The notes under the pieces are model-generated. The model was not told where the DNA came from, did not search any database, and saw nothing but the letters and a program-made list of their open reading frames with translations. From the sequence record NC_049950.1: 46,288 nucleotides of DNA, one strand, 5' to 3'. The translations under genes and the position numbers were made by a program. Position 1 is the first letter of the stretch; each line of letters starts with the position of its first letter. Shown one piece after another: positions 14,159 through 26,961 of the stretch. This DNA comes from Escherichia phage 2H10.

Positions 14159-14856
14159 TGCAGGATATCCGGCAGGAAACACTGAATGAATGCACCCGTG
14201 CGGAGCAGTCGGCCAGCGTGGTGCTCTGGGAAATCGACCTGACAGAGGTCGGTGGAGAACGTTATTTTTTCTGTAATGAGCAGAACGAAAAAGGTGAGCC
14301 GGTCACCTGGCAGGGGCGACAGTATCAGCCGTATCCCATTCAGGGGAGTGGTTTTGAACTGAATGGCAAAGGCACCAGTACGCGCCCCACGCTGACGGTT
14401 TCTAACCTGTACGGTATGGTCACCGGGATGGCGGAAGATCTGCAGAGTCTGGTCGGCGGAACGGTGGTCCGGCGTAAGGTTTACGCCCGTTTTCTGGATG
14501 CGGTGAACTTCGTCAACGGAAACAGTGACGCCGATCCGGAGCAGGAGGTGATCAGCCGCTGGCGCATTGAGCAGTGCAGCGAACTGAGCGCGGTCAGTGC
14601 CTCCTTTGTACTGTCCACGCCGACGGAAACGGACGGCGCTGTTTTTCCGGGACGTATCATGCTGGCCAACACCTGCACCTGGACCTATCGCGGCGGTGAG
14701 TGCGGTTATCACGGTCCGGCGGTCGCGGATGAATATGACCAGCCAACGTCCGATATCACGAAGGATAAATGCAGCAAATGCCTGAGCGGTTGTAAGTTCC
14801 GCAATAACGTCGGCAACTTTGGCGGCTTCCTTTCCATTAACAAACTTTCGCAGTAA
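14158..14856 (+). CDS. L: tail tip protein L
   Basis: 232-aa product MQDIRQETLNECTRAEQSASVVLWEIDLTEVGGERYFF... recognised as lambda gpL. Confidence 0.96.
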   Translation: MQDIRQETLNECTRAEQSASVVLWEIDLTEVGGERYFFCNEQNEKGEPVTWQGRQYQPYPIQGSGFELNGKGTSTRPTLTVSNLYGMVTGMAEDLQSLVGGTVVRRKVYARFLDAVNFVNGNSDADPEQEVISRWRIEQCSELSAVSASFVLSTPTETDGAVFPGRIMLANTCTWTYRGGECGYHGPAVADEYDQPTSDITKDKCSKCLSGCKFRNNVGNFGGFLSINKLSQ

Positions 14857-14861
14857 ATCCC

Positions 14862-15605
14862 ATGACAAAGACAGAATCAGCGATTCTGGCGCACGCCCGG
14901 CGATGTGCGCCAGCGGAGTCGTGCGGCTTCGTGGTGAGAACGCCGGAGGGGGAAAGATATTTTCCCGGCGTGAATATTTCCGGTGAGCCGGAGGCGTATT
15001 TCCGTATGTCGCCGGAAGACTGGCTGCAGGCAGAAATGCAGGGTGAGATTGTGGCGCTGGTCCACAGCCACCCCGGTGGTCTGCCCTGGCTGAGTGAGGC
15101 CGACAGGCGGCTGCAGGTGCAGAGTGATTTGCCGTGGTGGCTGGTCTGCCGGGGGACGATTCATAAGTTCCGCTGTGTGCCGCATCTCACCGGGCGGCGC
15201 TTTGAGCACGGGGTGACGGACTGTTACACGCTGTTCCGGGATGCTTATCATCTGGCGGGGATTGAGATGCCGGATTTTCATCGCGGGGATGACTGGTGGC
15301 GTCACGGTCAGAATCTCTATCTGGATAATCTGGAGGCCACAGGGCTGTATCAGGTGCCGTTGTCATCAGCACAACCGGGCGATGTGCTGCTGTGCTGTTT
15401 TGGTTCATCGGTGCCGAATCATGCCGCCATTTACTGTGGTGATGGCGAGCTGCTGCACCATATTCCTGAACAACTGAGCAAACGAGAGAGGTATACCGAC
15501 AAATGGCAGCGACGCACACACTCCCTCTGGCGTCACCGGGCATGGCGCGCATCTGCCTTTACGGGGATTTGCAACGATTTGGCCGCCGCATCGACCTTCG
15601 TGTGA
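14862..15605 (+). CDS. K: tail tip assembly protein K (JAMM/MPN plus NlpC/P60-like); classical annotated start would be ATG 15006
   Basis: 247-aa ORF; C-terminal 199 aa correspond to classical lambda K; the N-terminal extension contains an HSHPGG...SEAD JAMM-type metal motif, so the long form is preferred. Confidence 0.85.
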   Translation: MTKTESAILAHARRCAPAESCGFVVRTPEGERYFPGVNISGEPEAYFRMSPEDWLQAEMQGEIVALVHSHPGGLPWLSEADRRLQVQSDLPWWLVCRGTIHKFRCVPHLTGRRFEHGVTDCYTLFRDAYHLAGIEMPDFHRGDDWWRHGQNLYLDNLEATGLYQVPLSSAQPGDVLLCCFGSSVPNHAAIYCGDGELLHHIPEQLSKRERYTDKWQRRTHSLWRHRAWRASAFTGICNDLAAASTFV

Positions 15606-16174
15606 AAACGGGGGCTGAAGCCATCCGCGCACTGGCCACACAGCTCCCGGTGTTTCGTCAGAAACTGAGCGACGGCTGGTATCAGGTACGGATTACCGGG
15701 CGGGACGTCAGCACGTCCGGGTTAACGGCGCAGTTACATGAGACTCTGCCTGATGGCGCTGTGATTCATATTGTTCCCAGAGTCGCCGGGGCCAAGTCAG
15801 GTGGCGTATTCCAGATTGTCCTGGGGGCTGCCGCCATTGCCGGATCATTCTTTACCGCCGGAGCCACCCTTGCAGCATGGGGGGCAGCCATTGGGGCCGG
15901 TGGTATGACCGGCATCCTGTTTTCTCTCGGTGCCAGTATGGTGCTCGGTGGTGTGGCGCAGATGCTGGCACCGAAAGCCAGAACTCCCCGTACACAGACA
16001 ACGGATAACGGCAAACAGAACACCTATTTCTCCTCACTGGATAACATGGTTGCCCAGGGCAATGTTCTGCCGGTTCTGTACGGTGAAATGCGCGTGGGGT
16101 CACGCGTGGTTTCTCAGGAGATCAGCACGGCAGACGAAGGGGACGGTGGTCAGGTTGTGGTGATTGGTCGCTGA
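15503..16174 (+). CDS. I: tail tip assembly protein I
   Basis: 223-aa product MAATHTLPLASPGMARICLYGDLQRFGRRIDLRVKTG... recognised as lambda gpI; overlaps K 3-prime end as in lambda. Confidence 0.95.
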   Translation: MAATHTLPLASPGMARICLYGDLQRFGRRIDLRVKTGAEAIRALATQLPVFRQKLSDGWYQVRITGRDVSTSGLTAQLHETLPDGAVIHIVPRVAGAKSGGVFQIVLGAAAIAGSFFTAGATLAAWGAAIGAGGMTGILFSLGASMVLGGVAQMLAPKARTPRTQTTDNGKQNTYFSSLDNMVAQGNVLPVLYGEMRVGSRVVSQEISTADEGDGGQVVVIGR

Positions 16175-16231
16175 TGCAAAATGTTTTATGTGAAACCGCC
16201 TCCGGGCGGTTTTATCGTTTATGGAGCATGA

Positions 16232-19633
<3,402 letters not shown>

Positions 19634-19650
19634 ATTTTATAACCCATAAC

Positions 19651-19677
19651 GGGCGTCAGAAATGACGCCTTTTTTAT
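19651..19677 (+). terminator. rho-independent terminator downstream of J
   Basis: gggcgtca-gaaa-tgacgcc hairpin followed by ttttttatt, directly seen. Confidence 0.7.
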
Positions 19678-19699
19678 TGCAGAAAAGCGAGAGGTAATT

Positions 19700-20299
19700 A
19701 TGCGTAAACTTTATGCCGCCATTTTGTCCGCAGCCATTTGTCTGGCCGTATCCGGTGCGCCTGCATGGGCGTCTGAACATCAGTCCACGCTGAGCGCGGG
19801 GTATCTTCATGTCTCGACGAACGTTCCCGGCAGTGATGATCTGAACGGGATTAACGTGAAATACCGTTATGAGTTTACGGACACACTGGGGATGGTGACG
19901 TCGTTCAGCGATGCAGGAGACAAGAATCGCCAGCTGACCCATTACAGCGATACCCGCTGGCATGAAGATTCCGTTCGTAACCGCTGGTTCAGCGTAATGG
20001 CGGGGCCGTCTGTGCGCGTGAATGAATGGTTCAGCGCGTATGCGATGGCGGGTGTGGCTTACAGCCGTGTGTCGACTTTCTCCGGGGATTATCTCCGCGT
20101 AACTGACAACAAGGGGAAAACGCACGACGTGCTGACCGGAAGTGATGACGGTCGCCACAGCAACACGTCTCCGGCGTGGGGAGCTGGCGTGCAGTTTAAC
20201 CCGACCGAATCCGTGGCCATTGATATTGCTTATGAAGGCTCCGGCAGTGGCGACTGGCGCACTGACGGTTTCATCGTGGGTGTCGGTTATAAGTTCTGA
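19700..20299 (+). CDS. lom: outer membrane protein Lom (Ail/OmpX family)
   Basis: 199-aa product MRKLYAAILSAAICLAVSGAPAWASEHQSTLSAGYLH...GFIVGVGYKF recognised as lambda Lom, signal peptide plus C-terminal beta-barrel Phe. Confidence 0.95.
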   Translation: MRKLYAAILSAAICLAVSGAPAWASEHQSTLSAGYLHVSTNVPGSDDLNGINVKYRYEFTDTLGMVTSFSDAGDKNRQLTHYSDTRWHEDSVRNRWFSVMAGPSVRVNEWFSAYAMAGVAYSRVSTFSGDYLRVTDNKGKTHDVLTGSDDGRHSNTSPAWGAGVQFNPTESVAIDIAYEGSGSGDWRTDGFIVGVGYKF

Positions 20300-20325
20300 T
20301 TAGCCAGGTAACACAGTGTTATGAC

Positions 20326-20353
20326 AGCCCGCCGGTTCAGGCGGGCTTTTTTG
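20326..20353 (+). terminator. rho-independent terminator downstream of lom
   Basis: agcccgcc-ggttcag-gcgggct hairpin followed by tttttt. Confidence 0.7.
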
Positions 20354-20363
20354 TGGGGTGAAT

Positions 20364-23300
20364 ATGGCAGTAAAGATTTCAGGTGTACTGAAAGACGGCA
20401 CAGGAAAACCGGTACAGAACTGCATAATCCAGCTGAAAGCAAAACGTAACAGCACCACGGTGGTGGTGAACACGCTGGCCTCAGAAAATCCGGATGAAGC
20501 CGGGCGTTACAGTATGGACGTTGAGTACGGTCAGTACAGCGTTATTCTGTTGGTGGAAGGGTTCCCGCCGTCACATGCCGGGACCATCACCGTGTATGAA
20601 GATTCCCGACCCGGTACGCTGAATGATTTTCTCGGTGCCATGACGGAGGATGATGCCCGTCCGGAGGCATTGCGACGTTTTGAACTGATGGTGGAAGAGG
20701 TGGCGCGTAACGCGTCCGCAGTGGCACAGAACACGGCAGCCGCGAAGAAGTCAGCCAGTGATGCCAGCACATCTGCCAGTGAGGCGGCAACCCATGCGAC
20801 TGATGCTGCAGATTCAGCACGTGCAGCCAGCACGTCAGCCGGACAGGCCGCGACGTCGGCTCAGGAGGCTTTTTCCAGCGCAGGAACGGCATCAGCAAAA
20901 GCCTCTGAGGCATCAAAAAGTGCTGCCGCTGCAGAGTCCTCAAAAAGCGCGGCGGCTACCAGTGCCGGTGCGGCGAAAACGTCAGAAACGAATGCGGCAG
21001 CGTCACAACAATCAGCAGCCACTTCTGCATCCACCGCGGCCACGAAAGCGTCAGAAGCAGCCACTTCAGCACGGGATGCGTCGGCTTCAAAAGAGGCGGC
21101 AAAATCATCAGAAACGAACGCAGCCTCGAGCGCCAGCAGCGCAACTTCCTCGGCAACGGCGGCAGCAAATTCTGCGAAGGAGGCAAAAACGTCCGAGACG
21201 AACGCTAAGTCTTCTGAAACGGCAGCGGAACAGAGTGCCTCCGCAGCAGCAGACTCAAAAACAGCGGCTGCATCATCTGCCAGCGCCGCGTCAACAAGTG
21301 CCGGGCAGGCCTCAGCCAGTGCCACCGCTGCCGGAAAGTCGGCAGAAAGTGCCGCATCATCCGCTTCAACAGCCACAACGAAGGCTGGCGAAGCCACTGA
21401 ACAGGCCAGCGCAGCAGCGAGTTCTGCTTCCGCAGCGAAGACATCCGAAACGAACGCGAAAGCGTCGGAAACCAGCGCAGAATCCTCAAAAACGGCTGCC
21501 GCATCGTCCGCCAGTTCGGCGGCGTCATCGGCATCATCTGCGTCTGCTTCAAAAGATGAGGCGACCAGACAGGCGTCAGCAGCAAAGGGCAGCGCCACGA
21601 CGGCATCCACGAAGGCGACAGAGGCAGCTGGCAGTGCGACGGCGGCAGCTCAGAGCAAAAGTACGGCGGAATCCGCGGCAACGCGCGCCGAGACAGCGGC
21701 AAAACGGGCAGAGGATATTGCATCCGCCGTGGCGCTTGAGGATGCGAGCACGACGAAAAAGGGGATAGTACAGCTCAGCAGTGCGACCAACAGTACGTCT
21801 GAAACGCTGGCGGCAACGCCAAAGGCAGTAAAATCAGCCTATGACAATGCAGAGAAACGTCTGCAGAAAGACCAGAACGGCGCTGATATACCCGATAAGG
21901 GACGCTTCCTGAACAACATTAACGCGGTCAGTAAAACAGACTTTGCTGATAAGCGTGGTATGCGTTATGTGCGGGTTAACGCTCCTGCAGGTGCAACATC
22001 TGGAAAATATTACCCTGTTGTTGTTATGCGTTCTGCTGGCTCAGTAAGCGAACTGGCATCAAGGGTCATTATCACCACGGCAACGCGAACCGCAGGCGAT
22101 CCGATGAATAACTGCGAGTTTAACGGATTTGTTATGCCTGGTGGCTGGACTGACAGGGGGCGTTATGCTTATGGAATGTTCTGGCAATATCAAAACAATG
22201 AACGAGCCATCCACTCAATAATGATGAGTAATAAGGGCGATGATTTGCGCTCTGTGTTCTATGTTGATGGCGCTGCTTTCCCTGTTTTTGCGTTTATCGA
22301 AGATGGCCTGTCAATATCCGCACCTGGTGCTGATCTCGTTGTTAATGATACGACCTATAAGTTTGGGGCAACAAATCCAGCGACTGAATGTATCGCGGCG
22401 GACGTTATCCTTGATTTTAAGAGTGGGCGTGGTTTTTATGAGTCTCATTCGTTAATCGTTAACGATAACTTGTCGTGCAAAAAACTTTTTGCCACAGACG
22501 AAATTGTAGCGCGTGGTGGTAATCAGATTCGAATGATAGGTGGGGAGTATGGTGCATTATGGCGTAATGATGGCGCTAAAACTTACCTGCTGCTTACCAA
22601 TCAAGGTGATGTTTATGGTGGCTGGAATACATTAAGACCGTTTGCTATTGATAACGCAACCGGCGAGCTGGTTATTGGAACCAAACTGTCCGCAAGTCTG
22701 AACGGTAATGCATTAACAGCAACAAAGCTGCAAACGCCAAGACTGGTTTCTGGTGTTGAGTTTGATGGTTCCAAAGATATTACTTTAACCGCCGCGCATG
22801 TGGCTGCTTTTGCCAGAAGAGCAACGGATACGTATGCCGATGCGGATGGGGGCGTTCCATGGAATGCCGAATCAGGCGCTTACAATGTCACCCGCTCTGG
22901 CGACAGCTATATTCTGGTTAACTTCTATACCGGAGTCGGAAGTTGCCGGACCCTGCAGATGAAGGCGCATTACAGAAATGGAGGTCTGTTCTACCGTTCC
23001 TCAAGAGATGGCTATGGTTTTGAGGAAGACTGGGCAGAAGTTTATACCTCGAAAAATCTTCCACCAGAAAGCTACCCAGTCGGCGCACCAATCCCGTGGC
23101 CATCAGATACCGTTCCGTCTGGTTATGCCCTGATGCAGGGGCAGACTTTTGACAAATCTGCATACCCGAAACTTGCAGCCGCTTATCCGTCAGGCGTGAT
23201 CCCTGATATGCGTAGCTGGACGATTAAGGGCAAACCTGCCAGTGGTCGGGCCGTATTGTCTCAGGAACAGGACGGCATTAAATCGCACACCCACAGCGCC

Positions 23301-23717
23301 AGCGCATCCAGTACGGATTTGGGGACGAAAACCACATCGTCGTTTGATTACGGCACTAAATCCACGAATAACACCGGGGCGCATACGCACAGTGTGAGCG
23401 GTACAGCCGCAAGTGCCGGAAACCATACTCATAGTGTCACAGGCGCATCAGCAGTCAGCCAGTGGTCACAAAATGGGTCAGTACATAAGGTAGTGTCTGC
23501 GGCCAGTGTGAATACAAGTGCTGCAGGAGCGCACACTCATAGTGTCAGCGGCACAGCTGCATCTGCAGGTGCTCACGCACATACTGTCGGTATTGGTGCT
23601 CATACGCACTCTGTTGCGATTGGCTCACATGGACACACCATCACCGTTAACGCTGCTGGTAACGCGGAAAACACCGTCAAAAACATCGCATTTAACTATA
23701 TTGTGAGGCTTGCATAA
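20364..23717 (+). CDS. stf: side tail fibre protein Stf (mosaic; lambda-like N and C termini, divergent central region)
   Basis: Product [36 protein letters not shown]... starts like lambda Stf and ends ...[31 protein letters not shown] like lambda Stf, but is about 1117 aa with an expanded Ala/Ser repeat block and a different central segment; ATG 20364 preferred over track GTG 20358. Confidence 0.92.
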   Translation: MAVKISGVLKDGTGKPVQNCIIQLKAKRNSTTVVVNTLASENPDEAGRYSMDVEYGQYSVILLVEGFPPSHAGTITVYEDSRPGTLNDFLGAMTEDDARPEALRRFELMVEEVARNASAVAQNTAAAKKSASDASTSASEAATHATDAADSARAASTSAGQAATSAQEAFSSAGTASAKASEASKSAAAAESSKSAAATSAGAAKTSETNAAASQQSAATSASTAATKASEAATSARDASASKEAAKSSETNAASSASSATSSATAAANSAKEAKTSETNAKSSETAAEQSASAAADSKTAAASSASAASTSAGQASASATAAGKSAESAASSASTATTKAGEATEQASAAASSASAAKTSETNAKASETSAESSKTAAASSASSAASSASSASASKDEATRQASAAKGSATTASTKATEAAGSATAAAQSKSTAESAATRAETAAKRAEDIASAVALEDASTTKKGIVQLSSATNSTSETLAATPKAVKSAYDNAEKRLQKDQNGADIPDKGRFLNNINAVSKTDFADKRGMRYVRVNAPAGATSGKYYPVVVMRSAGSVSELASRVIITTATRTAGDPMNNCEFNGFVMPGGWTDRGRYAYGMFWQYQNNERAIHSIMMSNKGDDLRSVFYVDGAAFPVFAFIEDGLSISAPGADLVVNDTTYKFGATNPATECIAADVILDFKSGRGFYESHSLIVNDNLSCKKLFATDEIVARGGNQIRMIGGEYGALWRNDGAKTYLLLTNQGDVYGGWNTLRPFAIDNATGELVIGTKLSASLNGNALTATKLQTPRLVSGVEFDGSKDITLTAAHVAAFARRATDTYADADGGVPWNAESGAYNVTRSGDSYILVNFYTGVGSCRTLQMKAHYRNGGLFYRSSRDGYGFEEDWAEVYTSKNLPPESYPVGAPIPWPSDTVPSGYALMQGQTFDKSAYPKLAAAYPSGVIPDMRSWTIKGKPASGRAVLSQEQDGIKSHTHSASASSTDLGTKTTSSFDYGTKSTNNTGAHTHSVSGTAASAGNHTHSVTGASAVSQWSQNGSVHKVVSAASVNTSAAGAHTHSVSGTAASAGAHAHTVGIGAHTHSVAIGSHGHTITVNAAGNAENTVKNIAFNYIVRLA
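20700..21720 (+). repeat. in-frame Ala/Ser-rich low-complexity tandem repeats within stf (recurring KTSETNA / SAAASSAS units)
   Basis: Repeated peptide units visible in the stf translation; this GC-rich repetitive DNA also generates long spurious ORFs on other frames and the opposite strand. Confidence 0.6.
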
Positions 23718-24292
23718 TGGCATTCAGAATGAGTGAACAACCACGGACCATAAAAATTTATAATCTGCTGGCCGGAACTAATGAATTTATTGGTGAAGGT
23801 GACGCATATATTCCGCCTCATACAGGTCTGCCAGCAAACAGTACCTATATTGCACCGCCAGATATTCCGGCTGGCTTCGTGGCTGTTTTCAACAGTGATG
23901 AGGCATCGTGGCATCTCGTTGAAGACCATCGGGGTAAAACGGTTTATGATGTAGCGTCAGGGGACGCGTTATTTATTTCTGAACTCGGTCCGTTACCGGA
24001 AAATGTTACCTGGTTATCGCCGGAAGGGGAGTTTCAGAAGTGGAACGGCACAGCCTGGGTGAAAGATGCAGAAGCAGAAAAACTGTTCCGGATCCGGGAG
24101 GCGGAAGAAACAAAAAACAGCCTGATGCAGGTAGCCAGTGAGCATATTGCGCCGCTTCAGGATGCTGCAGATCTGGAAATTGCAACGGAGGAAGAAATCT
24201 CGTTGCTGGAAGCATGGAAAAAGTATCGGGTATTGCTGAACCGTGTTGATACGTCAACTGCACAGGATATTGAATGGCCAGCACTGCCGTAG
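23717..24292 (+). CDS. tfa: tail fibre assembly chaperone Tfa
   Basis: 191-aa product [42 protein letters not shown]... recognised as lambda Tfa; start overlaps stf stop. Confidence 0.95.
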   Translation: MAFRMSEQPRTIKIYNLLAGTNEFIGEGDAYIPPHTGLPANSTYIAPPDIPAGFVAVFNSDEASWHLVEDHRGKTVYDVASGDALFISELGPLPENVTWLSPEGEFQKWNGTAWVKDAEAEKLFRIREAEETKNSLMQVASEHIAPLQDAADLEIATEEEISLLEAWKKYRVLLNRVDTSTAQDIEWPALP

Positions 24293-24389
24293 GGTAAAAC
24301 ATATAAATTCTATAATTAGATGTATCTTTCCATTTACGGCAAGGAAGGGGGCTTGGAAGACGTAAAGCATCTCACACCAAGATTATTTT

Positions 24390-24980
24390 TTATATGTCAG
24401 GTGTCTGAAGTTTTGCTTTGGCTCTTAAAATGGTTTGCCGCGAGGTTTTGAATTCCCGGGCAATGGCACTTATACTTACACCTGACTTAATCCGTTCGAA
24501 TACCACCTGTTTCTGTTCTTCATTTAACACAGGTGGTCGACCAAAACGTTTCCCTGCGCCCCGGGCTCTTACTATCCCGGAATGAGTGCGTTCAAGTAAA
24601 AGGTCTCGTTCAAATTCAGCGACTGCTGAAATTACTTGCATCATCATTTTTCCTGTTGGACTGGTCAGGTCAATGCCCCCCAATGCTAAGCAATGCACTC
24701 TGATACCTGTTTCGGTCAGTTGTTCCACTGTTTTCCTGATATCCATTGCATTACAACCAAGGCGATCCAGTTTTGTCACAATCAATTGATCACCACATTT
24801 CAGGCGAGCAAGCAACCGGTTAAAACCAGGACGCTCACTGGTTGCTGCTGAGCCGCTAATGTGTTCTTCGATTATTTGCTGAGGTTTGATTTTAAAACCT
24901 GCACTTTCGATTTCCCGGCGTTGATTTTCGGTGGTCTGATCCAGCGTTGATATCCGACAGTAAGCAAAAATTCGAGACAT
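24390..24980 (-). CDS. pin: serine recombinase, DNA invertase/resolvase family (PinQ/PinR-like of E. coli cryptic prophages)
   Basis: 196-aa product [29 protein letters not shown]... with catalytic Ser in the RIST motif, C-terminal HTH; sits directly after stf-tfa as in Rac/Qin-type prophages. Confidence 0.85.
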
Positions 24981-25359
24981 AGTGAGACTCTATACGAAAT
25001 TGGTGTACATATCATAATGCATATCCAAAAATTATTTCGCTTATTATTGTACATATTTGTATGTATACGTTCGAAAATAAACGAATTCGGATGCAGTCCC
25101 GTAATTTTGGTGTAACCAAAAATCGATTTTTTGAAAAATGGCTTTAACTCGGTTTGTTTTTCGAACTCCGGGCGGACTCGAGGAAGACGAATAATAGTGT
25201 TGTATGTTATTTCAACCAGATTTTAAGTTGTTTGGTCGTGGAAAAGTGGAGCAAAATGTTGTTAAAGTGGAAAAATGGTAAAAAAAGTAGGTTGTTGCGG
25301 AATAACGTAGTTGTTGATATTTTTTTAATGCATTGAAAAATTATTTTTCAGGGGGGGTA

Positions 25360-25593
25360 TTACACTTTACCATTTAAATTTTGGTTGTCTTTAAGAACTG
25401 ATATCGCTGTTTGTAATAATTCTTTGTTATCCAGCCATGACTTTTTCTTTATGTTTCCTTCAATGTAATCAAGCAATGTTCTGGTATTGATAGGTCTTCC
25501 CTGTTTTGCTACTTCCACGACAGCATCTCCCAGGATAATTCTGACTTCAGGAAGCTGCGCAGGGAACCACTTTAGGGTGTCTTTTGATTTCAT
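25360..25593 (-). CDS. YdfK/YnaE-like small cold-shock-induced protein
   Basis: Track ORF 25360-25626; internal ATG 25593 has an AAGGA Shine-Dalgarno 8 nt upstream and gives MKSKDTLKWFPAQLPEVRIILGDAVVEVAKQG..., recognised from E. coli Rac/Qin prophage paralogs. Confidence 0.7.
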   Translation of the reverse strand: MKSKDTLKWFPAQLPEVRIILGDAVVEVAKQGRPINTRTLLDYIEGNIKKKSWLDNKELLQTAISVLKDNQNLNGKV

Positions 25594-26201
25594 GAAGATA
25601 TTCCTTAAAATATTATTGGTTTTCATTGCAATATTGTATGTCTGATTCAGGATATGTTGACTTATACATCTGTTTTGTCCGGGTTATTGGATATGCCAAT
25701 CCCTAATTTTATTAGAGCATGACCAAAAATGCTGAATATGATAAGTAGTGAAGTGATTATCAGTATGCTGTTCATATAGCCTCGAATTAGTATGGTGTTA
25801 TATATAATATAGTTGACAATTTTTATCCTGGGTGTTCTTAAAGTTCGTAGATGAACCCTGTAGTTTCAGGTATACAGGAATGCTTACAGATAGCGGCAAA
25901 AGTCAGGAGGTTAATGGCGCAAACTGAAGGGGGAGCTGCGAACTAACTTAGGTAGAGACTCTACACGGATTCGGTTTAAAAGTATACATAGATAACAATT
26001 TTTATCTGAAGAAGAAAAATATTAAGGTGATATGGTCATATATACTTTAATGCGGAAGAATGAATGTTATGAGAGTGCTGTATCTGAATGGTTGAAAAAC
26101 CGCAGACACGTCGTATGCAAGAACGTGCTGCGGTTAGCTGGTGAACTTCCGATAGTGCGAGTATTGAATGATTTCCAGCCGTTACCGATTTTACGTGTTA
26201 A

Positions 26202-26450
26202 TTAGTGAACAAACCACTCGTCAGCAGACTCCCAGGTATCTTTCAGAGTTTCCTGAACAAAAGTTTTAGCTGAATCTTTATCGGCGGTGCGCGTAACAGA
26301 AAGGCCATCGTTGCTGGTGGCTTTTACGATCACCTCTACATCGTCATAACGCTTACTGATGCGTCGAGTTAATTCTTCCTTTAATGCATCCACAGCACCG
26401 TTTGGCATTTTAGTCATTTTCTCTTTGGCTATGCAGATCTCAATACGCAT
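26202..26450 (-). CDS. dinI: DinI-family protein (SOS-induced RecA modulator homolog)
   Basis: 82-aa product [12 protein letters not shown]...[15 protein letters not shown]...[11 protein letters not shown] closely resembles DinI/MsgA family; two LexA boxes in its promoter. Confidence 0.85.
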   Translation of the reverse strand: MRIEICIAKEKMTKMPNGAVDALKEELTRRISKRYDDVEVIVKATSNDGLSVTRTADKDSAKTFVQETLKDTWESADEWFVH

Positions 26451-26465
26451 AAAAATCCCTCTACA

Positions 26466-26515
26466 CTGTGTTTGTATACAGTGTTATTTTTAACTGTATG
26501 AATAAACAGTGTCAA
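26466..26515 (-). promoter_or_regulatory. SOS-regulated promoter of the dinI-like gene with two LexA boxes
   Basis: Minus-strand TTGACA (26510-26515), 17-nt spacer, TAAAAA -10; CTGT-N8-ACAG boxes at 26494-26509 (inside the spacer) and 26466-26481 (between -10 and the ribosome-binding site). Confidence 0.75.
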
Positions 26516-26961
26516 TAGAACAAAGATTGCTGCATGTACAAATGTTCTTTGGCTACAAATACACCTACTGATCATGTTCTGCTATGCTCTGATACCTCCA
26601 AAATGTACAATCAGCGGCATGAATTTTTCTTTGTACATATGATTGTACATAATCAAAGAGACAACAATTATGACAAGCCTTTTGGCCGCAGAGGTAGCGA
26701 AAAGAAGAACCTTTGCAATTATTTCTCACCCCAATAATTAATCCCAAATTAAAGCTCTTTTACTCTTTCAAAATCCTTTCAGTTAATTGAGGTCTAGTTA
26801 TATAACTCATTTAAATACATATGGTTATGTGGCTTCTTTAATTGAAAATTCTTTCATGTAACTTTAAATCGATCAGGTTGCTTTCATCAAAAATCTGTAC
26901 ATATGCTTGTACATAATGTACAAAGCAGCAGAGGTGTTTTGCGATTTGTACAAGGTGAGTA

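Noticed and set aside
14056-14868. 270-aa minus-strand ORF
   Set aside because: Antisense to lambda L and M, which are confidently coding.
20758-21768. 336-aa plus-strand ORF (Arg/Gln/Pro-rich) and the 249-aa minus-strand Ala-rich ORF at 20861-21610
   Set aside because: Both are alternative frames of the Ala/Ser repeat tract of stf; low-complexity artefacts.
24300-24360. Possible hix/gix-like crossover site (ttccatttacggcaagg)
   Set aside because: Only 4-5 positions match the 26-bp invertase site consensus; no inverted partner found.
25154-25336. 60-aa plus-strand ORF
   Set aside because: AT-rich intergenic noise with no ribosome-binding site, upstream of the ydfK-like gene on the other strand.
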